Of a stretch of DNA of 64,000 bases, positions 11,880 to 26,273 are shown piece by piece. The notes beneath the pieces are model-generated. The model was given only the letters and a program-made list of their open reading frames with translations. It made no database searches and was not told the origin of the DNA. The position numbers and the translations under genes were made by a program. Origin of the DNA: Octopus sinensis (taxonomy: Eukaryota); contig NC_042998.1 of the NCBI RefSeq assembly GCF_006345805.1, positions 131,688,001 through 131,752,000 of the forward strand, read 5' to 3'. Each line of letters begins with the position of its first letter. The first letter of the stretch is position 1.

Positions 11880-14318
11880 ATAACGAAATACTCTTTTTTC
11901 TCTTTTTGTAGCAAAAGTTTTTCATATGACAACTTCTTTGCAATGTCCTTTTCTAGAGACAATATGCATAAGGAATGTAAGCGCTTTTCAGTCATGGCTG
12001 AGCGAAATTTATTATTTGAAAAGTAACGCCTTGAGGAATTCCTTTCTGCTTCACAGCTCGTGATAGGTATTGTCAAGTACAGCTTATGTGCGGTGGTAAT
12101 ATTACGGGATACTTCAGCAAATTGTTGCTCATAAATAAGCTGAAGAACTTTTGTGCATTGTATTTTAGATGGTGTGTTTTCTTCTGTTCTGGGATTTCGT
12201 AAGGTGTAAATTCGCTTTGAACTGATAACACTCATTTATTAATTTGTGGTCAATATTGTCTTTGTAATGCGATATGATAAGTTTGATACTATTCTCAAAA
12301 AATTTTGAATTGTTCATCAATTCTGAGAGGAACTTGAACTTTTTCGCAGTCTGCTCATATGGGTCCATCCACTTGCTTAAATGGATTATCAAGCAGTCAT
12401 ATACTTGATTTAGAACTTCTATTCTAAATTTTTCAGCCCCTTTCAAGGAAGCCTTATCACTTGTTCCATCTGCAAATTTTTTTGTAACAATGCGTTTGGA
12501 AACATCAGAACAATTTGAGGTGATATATTCAGATAAACCATTTGCTACAGTTGCATAGTGTGCAATCCTGTTGACTGAATTTTCTCGTAGTTCTTTAACA
12601 AATGAAAACAAAGATGCTAGCAGAAGGTAACCTTCAAATACATCTGTACCATAACTTCTTCCCAAACGACTGTCAAAATAGCATATTCTAATTTTACCAA
12701 TTTGTGGTATAAATTCTTTGCATCTCGCTTTACATTCAGGCTTCTCTTCTAAGTCTTCAAACATGTTTGAGAGTTTGTAAGATATCCATATATTCATTTT
12801 TAATTGCCCGGACTGTTTCATAATGTGCAGACCAATTAGTTACACTTAAGCTCTTTAGAGAAAAGGCTAGATTGCCTTGTGTGTTCAAAATTTCTCATCT
12901 TCGAGGAGATTCAGAAAAGAAAACATACAGCTGCTGCAAGATGCCAAAATAGTCAACAACTTCAGGTACAGTAGACATTGCCTTTTACCAAACAAGGTTA
13001 GTAAATGACTTGCTCATGGTACATAATCTGCATACTTGTTAATGTTTTCAAGAAGTGCTCACAGCCCTTTCTCCGAGCCTTTCATGTTGGAAGCATTATC
13101 ATACGAGTGACCGCGGATATTTTCAAGTGAAAGCTTATGCTCCCCCGGCAATTGTTATTTTGTTGAACAAGGTCGTGGATGAATGTTTTTCTATTGGCAA
13201 AAATGCTAAAAATCTCTCTCGGGGTTTTCCATTATAACAGTATCAAACCACAATTACCAGCTGGTCAACATGTGTCATATTAGGTGTAGAGTCAACAATA
13301 ATTGAGTAGCATTTGATGTCTAGGTTGTTGATCTGATTCGCCACTTCATCTTTCACATGTTTTCCCATGATTTCTATCAATTCTTCAGACTCAGATTTGA
13401 ATAGGTAAGTAATATTCACTTTTTAATTTTCACATTTCTCTAAATGTTCTTGTAAAAATGGGTCAAAATCCGCAATAAGCTGAATGACTCCCATGAAATA
13501 TCCATTGTTTGGGGAGTCCCACTTTTCCTCATGGCCTATAAATGCTAAACATCTTACACTTAAATACTTAATAATTGCTACAACTCTTTTTAGTGCTTCA
13601 AAATAGTACTGCATGTTTTTCTCAAGTATTCTTCAAGTTGCTGATCCAAAATGTTTTTATTTGACTTTCGTGTTAGCCAGCTCAATATCGCCCTGTTATA
13701 TTCCATGCTCTCTTCTTGATTTTCTAGAGTTCTGAGTATATTGATCCAATCAGAAAACCCACCCGTTGTAAGTGATATTTGGCATTTAGAAAGAGTTTGT
13801 TCTTTGAATAAACTAACAGTATGACTATTTTTCAATCTTTTTTTCAAAGTACTTGTTTGAGAAACTTCGATTTCGCTGTTTGTAAATCTTGTTGGATTCA
13901 GTATATACATTATTTCGTTTTTTATTTTGAAAAAAACTGATGTCTTGCATTAAACAGTTTTCTACGAAATCATTATCAATTGTTACAGGCCAGTTTGCCA
14001 GGTCACTGTATTCTTTGAAATCGCTAAATTTGCTTCCTGTTTCTGCTCTATCTTTTCTTGAAGTTCTTGACCACGGTGATCATCATCTGCACCAAAATTG
14101 TCAACACTAGGTTGATTATTGCTAAACAGTGTACTCATGGCTTGTGCACTATCATTGACTTCACTGGTGCTTGCATGGCCTGTTTCAGTTGCAGGTGATG
14201 ACAAACTTTTACTTATTGTAAAATAATTTGATAGTTTTTGACATTTAGAAATTTCTTTAAATTGCTTTTCTTTGAGTTGGCATTTCTGGTATCAGCTTAA
14301 GTACTGTCTTGAAAACAT
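11880..14318 (-). pseudogene. hAT transposase pseudogene
   Basis: Fragments LAFIGHEE..NNGYF..IADFDPFLQEHL, YSIIVDST..HVDQL and the C-terminal dimerisation motif LTIPITSCEAERN..FRSAMTEKRL; many stops and frameshifts. Confidence 0.88.
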
Positions 14319-16069
14319 TGTTATTCCTCTTGGGGACCAGACTTCTGTGAAAAAGAAATTGGAGTTATATTTTCATTGGCCACAGTGAGAGATCGATGAA
14401 GATAAGAGTCCACAACTTAATATATAGTCATAAATGAAAAATTGTTCATTTTGTACAAGTTGATATTCCAACAATTTTTGAATTAGAAGAAATGCTTTGT
14501 TATTGAACAGCTTGTAAGTCCAAAATTAGGAGGCAAACCCTTTCATTGGTTATTAAATAATGGTGTGAAAATAAAAATTCTTATCTCTACCGTGCTGGTG
14601 TAGAAGCAGACAAATTTGACAATGGGAGGGACAGGGTCGAAGTTTTCAAAATAATTCAAGTGAAGCGAATTATCTGAGAGTCGTTTGTACTTTTATTTTT
14701 TATGCTACTCCACACCGGCAGAAACTGCAGGTGAACAACTCGTGGCTAGGTTCTGAGTGTTTAGACATAGCACTAAGACTGCTAACAGCAGCCAGCATAG
14801 CAAAATACTAAAATACATAGATTGACAGAATGAAAACATTAAGTTGCTTCAGAGGGGCTTCTCCGGGATTAGAATCCCTGAAGCTCAAGCTTCATTAGTT
14901 TTATGGTAGATCCACCACTAAAACTACTGTTGGGATCGGATGGTAAAAATATCCTAGTGGTCTTTTAACGTAGCATAGGGTTTACGTGAAGCTGACCATT
15001 CAATATTGTTATCTGTTTTAATTTGTATTGTGAATGCTTATTCGCTATTAATTTCCTAGTAAATGCTAGTGTTTATTTTTCTGCATGCATTTGTGATGTT
15101 TTTCGAAAGATTCCCAGAATACGTGCTATTTTTAGTCTTAATGTGATTTATTGTCTTATCAGAATGTACAAATGTTTGCCAAGGAGTTTTAGCGAGCTAG
15201 TGTCTGCTTTTAAAAAGGTCTTAAAACGTGTTCATGTGAGAAAATGTCTAAGCTCTCACATTTATATAGAACATGCATTATAATACAACGCTTGCAAATA
15301 CGTCAGTCGTCTTTTATTTTCTCTCTTTACCTTTAGTTTTTCTGGAATTGTTAGAAGCTCCAACACCAGGTCAAAATTCTATCTCAAGATATATAGACTT
15401 GTGCCTGTGGAAGAAATCATTATTACATTTAGTCTGTTGCCCTAGCTTTTCATCTACTCGTTCGCCATATGATATATGTGTGTGTGTGAGAGAGAGAGAG
15501 CATGTATATATATATATATATATATAATATATATATATAATATATATATATATATATACATGTGTGTATGTATATACCCCTACATATATATACATACATA
15601 CATATTGTTTAAAGTAGGCTTCTCAAAACTAGAAAGGAGAAAGCTGATTAGAAACTACATATCCATTAATAACGTGGGGGGTAGATCCGATCGTATGATC
15701 CCTGAAATGTGATTTGCGGGACACCAGTATGGCCTACTGACATTGGGAGCTCTTCATTGACGTCTTAGCCAGGGGCGTTGTCATCTTAGCCCCGGACCGC
15801 AAAGGAGATGGAGTCTCTCTCACACGGATTGATCGATGTCGGTGCTTTTAGTTGAGCCATTGTTTGTAGCAACCGCCACTGAAATTATCACCGCCTACCA
15901 CAACATTCTTCCCGCATTTTTGGTTACTGCTCTCCGCTCAAGCATCCAGGATACCAATCTTGCTCTCCACCTTTGCAGCTATTTTCCCCTCATTCCCTCC
16001 TCCATTCCATCCCTCCTTCTCTCCTTATTCCATCCCTCCCCATCTCCCCTCCCTCATCCCCTCCCCATC

Positions 16070-16212
16070 CCCACACGCCTCATTTTCAGTATGGACATCA
16101 AATCCCTCTACACCATCCACCCTTACGACGGGGGACTCCGTGCTCTCAAGCATTTTCTCCATCTCCGCATTACTCTCTCTACCAGTACCTCTACTCTCCT
16201 TCGTCTACCCTT
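16070..16212 (+). pseudogene. Penelope-like reverse transcriptase fragment
   Basis: RLIFSMDIKSLYTIHP..GLRALKHFL...TSTLLRL resembles the Penelope RT motif xDxxSLYTxIP. Confidence 0.7.
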
Positions 16213-16468
16213 GTAGTTCTGAAACGGGGTCCACATGGCCCTTGGAGTCTATATGAGATTTTATTGCTAAAAATATATATGAAGTAAATTGCTTATACAA
16301 CTAAAGTACACAAAATATTAAAAAAATTTTTTAAATACAATTTCCAATAGTATTTAACATTAAAAATATAATAGGACTTATAAAAAACACTGAAAGTCAA
16401 TAGGGGTCCAGTAGAATGAAATAGAAATCAAATGGGTCCATAGGCAAAAAAATGTTTGAAAACCACTG
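16210..16468. mobile_element. Degenerate hAT-type MITE
   Basis: Right end GTTTGAAAACCACTG, eroded left end GTAGTTCTGAAAC, repeated subterminal GGGTCC motifs. Confidence 0.45.
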
Positions 16469-17863
16469 GGCCGAACTCATGCTTACTGCTAAGTATTTTT
16501 CTTGAAAGATGCTCAGTGATGCTAAGGACAGAATATGTAACAAGACATGAACTGTAGTCTCTGGGCTGGCTGCATGATATACTATCCTCTCTAAACTGAC
16601 CATATACTGTAAAATATTTTCCTTCGGTTCTCTCTTGTTGGGCTCTCATCTATTATATTATATCAGCTAATATTATCTCGAGTTAACGCAAAGCTTCTAA
16701 TCTGTTACTTGACGTGCTAGAAATACTAACCAAACTTTCCACAAATTTGATTTTATCGCGTTAAAAAGTAAGAATAATTTACATGCAGTATTGTAATTCT
16801 AGATACACTATATCAGAATGACAGATGGAGTGGTGACAGCTGGAACGTCATTGATCATAGGTCAGCTGTAATCCAATAGATTTATGATCAAAGAAGTTCC
16901 GGCTGTCAACAACAACGGCATCGTTTCATTTAAATCTCCATAGAGGAGGCGCGTGAATGTGACGTTCAATAACTTTTTTTTTTCTTTGGTGGGAGTTTTA
17001 TTGCCACTGAACCTTGTTTTGAAATCACAAAGCAGCTTCAGTTTGCCAGTTTCGAACCTTTTGTCATTTACCATCACTCAACCGTTTGAATCAATATTAA
17101 TTCATATAAAAGATTATATAATAGATAGCGTTATATAATGTATATATTACATGGAAGATTATGTACTACGTATGAAATATTAGAGACATATTTTAATATG
17201 CACGCCTACTTCTCAGTCCATTACACAGTTGTATGAAATATTCTAATATTATGTAAAGCAGTATAACCACTTACATCTGCATTTAATCAACCGTACTTTC
17301 TTTACGTTGTACGGCCTTTTGCTAAATCTTTAAAAAAAATCAACTGTTATAGCCAAGAATACATCTAAATATTATATTGCTGAATGTAGGAATGTATTTC
17401 CTTTGCATTTCATTTTACATGTAATTTGAAACCATATTTCGTATAATCAATAATTTGCACAGCAGGCACTCTTGTTCGATGTTGGATTATTCGTTTATTT
17501 TAAATTTTGAAAGACCGCTACCCAAGCAAGCAATCGGCCAAGCAAAGATACACAGGCATCACATTGGCCCACATTTCTTTAGGGTGGTTTCAATCGGGGG
17601 ATTGTTTTCGATTACTTTAGTGTTTAGTGAAGCCTCGAACATTGATATGAATTGGGGCCAATAGCAAAAGTGTGTATTGTCAGTGAGTGGTGAGTATACA
17701 GATATCTTTTACTTTCTGGACTATTTCTTACGAAAATAGATGTCAAAAACAATGTTGGTAAGTGTATGATAATATGGTGCAAAACTGTATATTTGTGATT
17801 TCAGTCGCATGTATGAATATATTATAATACGTATGCCGGGAAGTGTGTGCATGCTTCATGTAC

Positions 17864-17894
<31 letters not shown>

Positions 17895-17972
17895 TGTATG
17901 TATGTATGTATGTATGTATGTAGTATGTATGTATGTATGTATGCGTATACACACACACACACACACATACAC

Positions 17973-18217
17973 AAATATTGTTGTACTTCGGGATGGTCTT
18001 TTTATTTATGAGTGAGTGGAGCAAGAACACACACGGAAACGAAAAGTGTCGCTGAAACTATCACAGATGTGTGACGAAAGATTTCCGGACAATGGACAGG
18101 CATTAAAATAATAAAATAACAGTAATAAACGAGTGAAGATAAAATATATAGTGCGTGTATTTATTTCGGCAAAAAAAAATTAATAAATAAAATGACCGTC
18201 CCGAAGTACAACAATAT
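17973..18217. repeat. Short element bounded by ~35-bp inverted repeats
   Basis: ATATTGTTGTACTTCGGGATGGTC versus GACCGTCCCGAAGTACAACAATAT. Confidence 0.7.
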
Positions 18218-18669
18218 CTATTTCAACACGATTTTACATCAGGAATCTTGCAAAACGAATTGATAAACGAATATATACAAAATTTATCCAAATGGAAGGA
18301 GTGGAATGGATAAAGTTTTTCCATGTAACATCTGCGGTGAGTTAATTTGGAAATTCCAAGCGACAATATAATCATGTAAATAAGGTAATCTCGGCCTGAT
18401 GATTAGCTAAATTAAGTTTCTCTCGCAGAGTAATTTTTACACCAGATGTACTTTGGATTTTACCTGTTCCACTCCCTCAATTTGAGTTTTTATTCCCATT
18501 TATAGCAACTCTAGTTGCTAACCGTTAAACTTTCATTCTTACGACTATCTTCGTGGCTTCCTTATGGGAAAAAGTGTGTAGCTTTCGACGCGAATAAATT
18601 ATTATTGTTCAGGATCGTATACCATCCACTTTTTGCCTTCTATACCTGCCACAGTCTGCTTCAAGCTTG

Positions 18670-20712
18670 CAAACTTCCAGAAATGTAAAGCGGGTGGTAC
18701 TAATCAGTTAATCAAGGTCATAGATCGCAAAATCAGTTAATGAAGATCGTGGATCACAAAATAATGAATAGTTAAAAGGCATATCTAATCTAAAGATATC
18801 ATTAAATTTAGCGACATCACTCAAAAACTGGTACTAGCAAACAGGTTTATAAACCAGCAGATAGTACGTGCCAAATATGACATTTAACGATATCAAAATA
18901 TTTTTAAAACAGTTACTGACTTTGTTCTCAGAACATTTACTGTGTTGTATCGTTTAGTATATCAAAGGAGTGGTATAGTTAATAAAGTCAAGAGTTACGT
19001 ATTCATTTACTTAATTTCTATTGATTAAAATGCACAGATTCGTTATTGCAAAACTAATAGAATGTTTGCCTTAATTAAGATAGATCCGGATAATTATACA
19101 AAGAAAATAGTTACCTGACCAGAATCATTGTTTATGAATGTAATACTAAAAGTAATCGACATACTTTCACTTATGTACGTTCCATATCTATTCTTAAATT
19201 AAGATTATATAATCATCTTCATACATTTAGAAAGTAAATCGAAAACAACATCGCTTTTTGCGAAGGCCGAAGGAATTAAAGGAAAAAGTATAGATTTTCA
19301 TCTAACGTGTAACTTCGCTAAATACGCTAAGCCTTATGTTAGTGATAGATATGATTCCAATCTCTGTTGTTTGGAATTGTTGGAAATCAAAATGTGCGGA
19401 TGAAGCTATTATCAATAGATCTGATGAATTAAGGACCAAATGCCCACATTCTATCTGTAGTATTTTCTTATACTTTATACATGTTCTATAAAATCTTTTT
19501 TCCAATGCTAAATACGTATCTATAACCCTAGAATATAAACTTTAAGTATTAGTAATAGGATTCATGGGGTTACATTTAGGTTGACTAGAGTATTCTAATA
19601 CTATTAATACTAATAACTTATATTTAAGCTACTTTTGTGCACCATTTGTTCTAACGACATATACCGATGACTGTAATTTTATATAATTTACAACTTAATA
19701 ATTTTAACTATTTTGTTTCTAACCTTAGGCAGTATCTTATATTTGTTTCATCCTCCTTGGCTAGGGCCTTTATAATTCTTTATAATCCTTATAAATTCTC
19801 TTAACAAATATGGCATTGTAATTCTTTATAATTCTTATAAATTCCATTAACATTTTCTTAATACTCCCCATAATTCAAATTATTATTTGTAGTCATATGC
19901 CCTATCTCGTACTTAACCTTTATGATTTTTAATTGATTTGCTTTATTCTCAATTATAATGCGATAATATTGGTTAATGGAATTGTTGGAATTCATGGCTT
20001 TCGGGGTTTTTTAATGTCAGATCTGCGTTTCCTTCTCTATTCTTGAGACTTGTAACTTCATAACAGCTATATAACTGATCTCTCTAAATTTCGATGTATA
20101 ACTAATATAGACTGGTATCTTTTATGTTGACACTTATTGCGTAACCTATTGTCATTAGTCTAATATACACATTTGTTTATGCCAACGCCGAATTCCTGAC
20201 AAAAGTACTGTACTCTTTCCCTATAAAATTTATGCTATTCAGTTTCAATTTATTTATTGGTAAAGATTGTTGACACCGTGATTATTTCTATCTCTATATG
20301 TTAATTATTTTTTATTCTTTTTCCTTTCTTCTTCAATTTTCCTCCCTTCCCCTCTGAAACTTGCAATAATTAATCTGTGCTCTTTAATAAATAGGAATTA
20401 AGTAAATGAATACGTTACGCTTGGATTTATTAATCATATCACTCCTTTCATGTACTAAACAATGTAACACAGTATATATCTTTTTTCTGAGAACAAAGTC
20501 GGCAACAAACTTCAAAAATATTTTGATAGACTCTATCTGCTGGTATATAAGCCTGTTTTGCCAGTCCGAGTTTTTATGAGTGATGTCGCTAAGTTTAATG
20601 ACATGTTTAGATTCAATACGCCTTTTAACTATTTTATAACGTACAATCTTATTCTATCATCTACGCTCTTAACTGATTATATTGCTACCCGCTTTAAGTT
20701 TCTGAAATGTTG
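18670..20712. repeat. Old inverted repeat with ~350-380-bp arms (18670-19052 / 20360-20712); possibly a decayed Penelope-like element
   Basis: Colinear reverse-complement blocks, e.g. TTAGCGACATCACTCA / TGAGTGATGTCGCTAA and CGTATTCATTTACTTAAT / ATTAAGTAAATGAATACG. The family assignment is inference. Confidence 0.7.
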
Positions 20713-20933
20713 GTACTACTGATTCAAAAGTTCGATGGTTGACGAACTGTTGATTCATCAGCATGACATTGTTTGTTTTTGTATCTGGTAAGCCTGATGA
20801 GTTGGGAGTTGCATAACGTATTACATATTCTTGTGGCTGTTGTGCATACTATACACCCGGAACCATGCTTACGTCATAGTATAGGCATTTCATGAGGCAA
20901 TTGTAGTAGGACTAGACAACCTAGTTTTCTGTC

Positions 20934-20992
<59 letters not shown>

Positions 20993-21295
20993 TGTGTGTG
21001 TGTTTTTGTGTGTGCTTGTGTGTGGTGGGGTGCGGTTGTGCACGTGGCTTGCTGGGTAGAGTGCTGAACTTATAGTTGTAAGATTACGGTTTCCGTTTCT
21101 GGACTGGGCGATGCTTTGAGTTCTTGAGAAAAGCACTTTATATCTCGTTGCTCCAATTCACTCAGCTGCGATAAACTGGTGTTCCGTCTAGAGTAGGGTG
21201 GGGAATTTACGCCACTGAGTTCTGGAAACTGGGGTTGAGATACTATGGCTCAGGAATGCGTTTTTGATCCTTTATACACGCTCGCGCACGCGCAC

Positions 21296-21364
<69 letters not shown>

Positions 21365-21699
21365 GGCAATGTTCGTAGTTGGAGGCTATTTTCTGAGGAG
21401 CAAAAATGATGTTGAAGCAGAGAAGGAAAATGGAAGGAAGTGCAGTAGCAGAATAGTGGCGACGATTACAACGATAAGGATATCACGAACAAATGGTATA
21501 GAAACAAACACAGCAAAGTAAATATAGAAATACATAACTTCCTTTCCTCCATTCGTAGTTACATCCTGGCTTCTTGGCATCTAAAGCATTTGCTGCAGAA
21601 TTCTTAAAACACCTTAACATAACTTCCGGTGCACCTCACTCACTGTCGAGGCAATAGGTGTTGAATGCAGCAGAGCTTACTGACGTGTGAAAAACCTAC

Positions 21700-23147
21700 G
21701 ATAGAACGCTATGGTAGTGGTGGTGGTGGTGGTGGCGGTGGTGAGAGTGGTGATGGTTGATAGCGGTGGTTGTGGTTGTGGTGGTGGCGGCGGCGGTGGT
21801 GGTGGTGGTGGTGGGGTGGTTTCAGTAGTTGTGATAATGATAGGGTTGTTCTTGTCGTTGTTGTTGTTGGTAGTGATGTTTGTTGTAGAGGTGCTATTTG
21901 CGGTGGTATTAATGGTGGTAGTTGCGATGGCAGTAGTGGCTGTAGTGGTGGTTGGTTTTGGTGGTAGTTTGGTTATAGAGGGTTGCTCATAAGTTATGTT
22001 AGGGGTGATGCTTGTGGTGGTAATGATGATGCTGGCATTATTGGTTGTTATGGTGGTGATGATGATGTTGGTAACAGTGGTTGTGGTGGTAGCGGTGGTA
22101 GTGGCGGCGGTAGTGACATTGGTAGTGCTAAGTTATTGTAGTAGATGAGGTGTTAGAGGTGATGGTTGTCGTGGTAATGTCGGTGGTGATGTTGGTGGTA
22201 GGGGGATGATGATGCTGATGGTGATGGTGGTGGTCGTTGTGGTGGTCGTGATGATGATGGTGCATGCGTGTATGTGCATGCATGTATGTGTGTATGTGTG
22301 TATACACAGTGTGTGTGTGTTTGTGTGTGCGTGTGCAGGTAAGTAGATGTGTGAGTACGCGCGTAAGTGCCTGCCCGTAACAGAGCATCAGTGATGCGAA
22401 CGAGATGGTTGAGCCTGAAAGGTATGGTGCCGGTGTGGTGCCGATGTGGTGCCGATTTTGTGCAGGTGTGAGTAGAGGGGAATGGGTTGAGATGAATATG
22501 AGAATGTGATAGGTGAGGAAATAGGTGAGGCGATAGGTGGATAGGAAGGTAGGCAAGTAGGTAGATAGGTAGGTAGGTAGGTAGGTAGGTAGGTAGGTAG
22601 GTAGGTAGGTAGGTAGGTAGATAGATATGTAGGTAGGTAGGTGTATGGGTTGGTGGGTGACTATAGGATTAGTATTGCGAGGAGGAAGTGTAGTGGGGAG
22701 TGGGTGTTTAGGTCGGTGGAAGCTGGGGAAGATTAGCAGCATTCATACGTATGTGTATATGTTCGTATATGCATGTGTGTATGTGTGTGTGTGTATGTCT
22801 ATGTGCTTATGTGTATCAGTGTGTGTATATGTCTATGTATGTCTATGTGCGTATATGTGTGTTTGTATGTATGTGTGTGCATGTGTGCGCCCGTATATTT
22901 GTGTGCGTCTCTGTGTGTATGCTTGCATGTCTATGAGCGAATATCTGCCTTTGTGCGTAAGTGTGTGTATGTGTATATGTGTGTGTATATATGTGTATGT
23001 GTGTATGTGTATGTTTGTGTATATTTCTGTTTTTATGCGTGCATATGTGTGTGTGCGTGTGTATACATGTATACATATATATATATATATATATTTATAT
23101 ATATGCGTGCAAATGTGTGTATGAGTGTGTGTGTGGTGTGTGTGTGT

Positions 23148-23190
<43 letters not shown>

Positions 23191-23780
23191 AGCGTGTGTG
23201 CGTAGAGTAGGGAGTGGTGAGTGATTGATACTTTTGATTCAAGGAAATGAACTGGAAGGGAAAGTATTTTGTTTAATTCGGTCTGAAGGAATCGGCTGGG
23301 GTGGTGGTCGTGGTCGGGGGGGGACTATGCTTTCGTGGGGTGTAAACGCAATATATGGGGGGAGGGGTGAAAAAGCTGGTAGTAGGCTATTGGTGGGGGG
23401 GGGGCAGGATAGTGGGGAATATATTGATAGAATTATCGATTGATTAACAGGCCGGTGGGGAGTGTCGTGTCGATGATGGTGGTGGTGGTGGTGTTGGTAA
23501 TGGTGGTGATATAAGAGGGAAGTTGTAGGAGTAAGGGAGCAGAGGTTATGCCACGGGCTCAGGAGGGAAGATAGAGAAGGATGGCGGCGTCGGCGGTAGT
23601 AGTGGTAGTGGTGATGGTGATGGTGGTGGTGGTGAAGGTTAAGTGTGTCAGCCAATTTGACCTAGATAGAAAAATAAGGTTGCAGCATCAGCAGTAACAG
23701 CTGCAGAAATTATGGTGATGGTGATGGTGATGGTGATGGTAGTGACGACGACGGTAGTGACTTTGTTGTTGTTGTTCTTT

Positions 23781-23812
<32 letters not shown>

Positions 23813-24100
23813 GGTGGTGGTAGTGGTGGTGATGGTAGTGGCAGCAAAAGAGTTGGCGGCGGCAGCGGTCGATGCGATATTAATGACGTATTGATGGTGG
23901 AGGTAGAGAAATTGGTGATGGTAGTGATGGTGATGGTGATGGTGATGGTGGTGTGGTGGTGGCGGCGGCGGCGGTGGCAGTGGCGGTGGTGGTGATGGTG
24001 GTGGTGGTGGTGGTGGTGGTGGTGGTGGTGGCGGCGGCGGTGGTGGTGGTGGTGGTGGTGGTGGTGGTGGTGGTTGGTGGTGGTGGTTGGTGGTGGTTGG
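21700..24100. repeat. Compound low-complexity field: (GGT)n, (GAT)n, (TAGG)n, (TG)n
   Basis: Read directly from the sequence; source of the poly-H/P/V pseudo-ORFs. Confidence 0.92.
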
Positions 24101-24869
24101 TGGAAGCGGTGTTGAAACAACCTCATTCCGAAACAAACTTCCATCAACCACCCACCTCTACTCACCACATCCCTCCGCCTGACCTTCGCTACATACCTAC
24201 AGAAGTACATAACTAACAGCTAACCATCACATTAAAAACAAAACAAAAACTAACATTCGTAATGTAGCGAAGGGGTGGGTGGTAGGCAGAGGAAAATTGA
24301 TCTCCGTGATATTAGCAATCAACAAAATTATAAGAAAATAATTATTACTAAAATAATTGCCAATTGGCACACCACCAATAATCGTTACTAAAATATTTAC
24401 GTCTCTTCCTGTTCTGGGGTCAAATACCACCTAGGTCAACTACGCCTTTCATCTCTCCGGGAATCGATAAAATAAAGTACCATTCTAATCGTCTGTACTC
24501 TACGTAACGAGGGCTGGACCTGTGGATTGCAGATACAAACCATGCGAGTGGGGTGATGTGTGGAGTTCCAGACATGAGAATTGGCACCAACTCAAAGCTA
24601 CGGAGGTGACGCTTGCTGTAGGATTGAACTTGAGATCTTAGGGTTACAAATTAAGCAATCCATGCTTTACTACACAAGCACACACACTCACACATATACA
24701 TACATTTTATATTACATATATGCGTGTGCGTGTGTGTGTGTGTGTGTGCACGTGTATATGTGTGTAATGTGACTGCGTGCGTATCGTTCGCGATTTTTTT
24801 CCTCCGTCATCCCTTCCTTGGATCTTTCCTTTTCTAATGTTTCTGATGAAGAGCTCCGCCCTTATTTGA

Positions 24870-24985
<116 letters not shown>

Positions 24986-25472
24986 TATACATAGATACAT
25001 ACATACATACATACATACATACACGCATACATACATGCATACATGCATACATGCATACAGACATACATGTATACATACATATATACACATATATATATGT
25101 ATCTATCAACGTCACACACGTATAAAATAGCAATACCTTCCTCATATGACAATAACATTTTGACGTTAGTCGATCGGTAACGCACAATATCAATGACTTG
25201 TGTCTAACAGAAATAAACAAAGGGAAAAGCAAAAGAGAAAAAAAAAATATGATGCTCTTTCGAATTTTTCAGACCTCACTCTTGACAATGAATGTTCAAA
25301 GCTGAAACGTCGGAAATGACTGGAAGGCTTATGCAAGCCGATGATCTCTAAATAGGGTGACCTGACTACATGGTTGTTGCAATTGTTTGATGTCACTGCA
25401 AACTAAGCAAATCTGTTATTAACTTCGTCCCACTTATGCCAATTGTACCATCTCGGACATTGCATATCAATA

Positions 25473-25763
25473 TCTATAAAGCTGAAATGCGAAAAATTTG
25501 TTTGTCTCATTTGGGGATGGGAACGGTTTAAGGTGCGGTAAATGGGGTCGGATTGGCTCCAAAATTACAGGGACACTTAAAAAGAGGCGAGGAAGCGACT
25601 GGACTAGGTCGCCGAGAGAAAGTAAGAGTAAGAGAGTGGGAAAGTGAGAGAGAAATGAGAGAGAAACAAAGAGGGTGAACGTGGTGATAAGAAACATAAA
25701 GGAAGCAACAGAAAGTAACAACCACACCCTTACCCGCGCGTAGAGCGGGTCACCTTAAGCTAG
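25473..25763 (+). mobile_element. Short non-autonomous Helitron
   Basis: 5' TC start after an A (A^TCTATAAAGCTG), 3' hairpin ACCCGC-GCGTAGA-GCGGGT followed 9 nt later by CTAG^T. Confidence 0.7.
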
Positions 25764-26223
25764 TATAGAACTATATTTTCCAAAGCTCTCTCAGTCTACA
25801 AGATAGCAGATTGCAATATGAAGGAGATGTGGTGACTATTTCTATCCAAGTCGTGCAACCGCGTAGAGGCATCCTCGTGGGTTCGACAGTAAAACTGTTG
25901 TTAGATTTAGTTTTTCTGCTTAATCCATGTCCGCTCTCCTCCAGTACTATGAAACGAGACCTTACTGTTTTTCTTTTTGTTTCTGCTTTTTGTTTCTGCT
26001 TTTTGTTTTGTATTTCTTTTCAGACATAATGTATATGAAACTCCCTTATCCATTGAGTCCTTCGTTTTGAACACGGTATGCAGCGACTTGGAAGACGATT
26101 GCCTGGTATTTCTATAAGATCGACAAACACGCTGAGCCTTGAAACCACATGTGCTAAGATAGCAAAAATGAAACGAAAAGTTATCTAATCGCTGATGCAT
26201 ATAAAACGATGTTTTCGATAGTC

Positions 26224-26273
<50 letters not shown>

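Larger units (their letters stand above)
9041..14920 (-). mobile_element. Degenerate hAT DNA transposon (ZMYM1/PRKRIR-like transposase) interrupted by nested insertions
   Basis: Imperfect TIRs CAGTGGCTGATCTAC / GTAGATCCACCACTA enclose transposase remnants. No TSD is recognisable. Confidence 0.7.

Noticed and set aside
18047-18090. Hammerhead-like stem TCACA/TGTGA followed by CGAAA
   Set aside because: The CUGANGA core is broken; at most a dead remnant.
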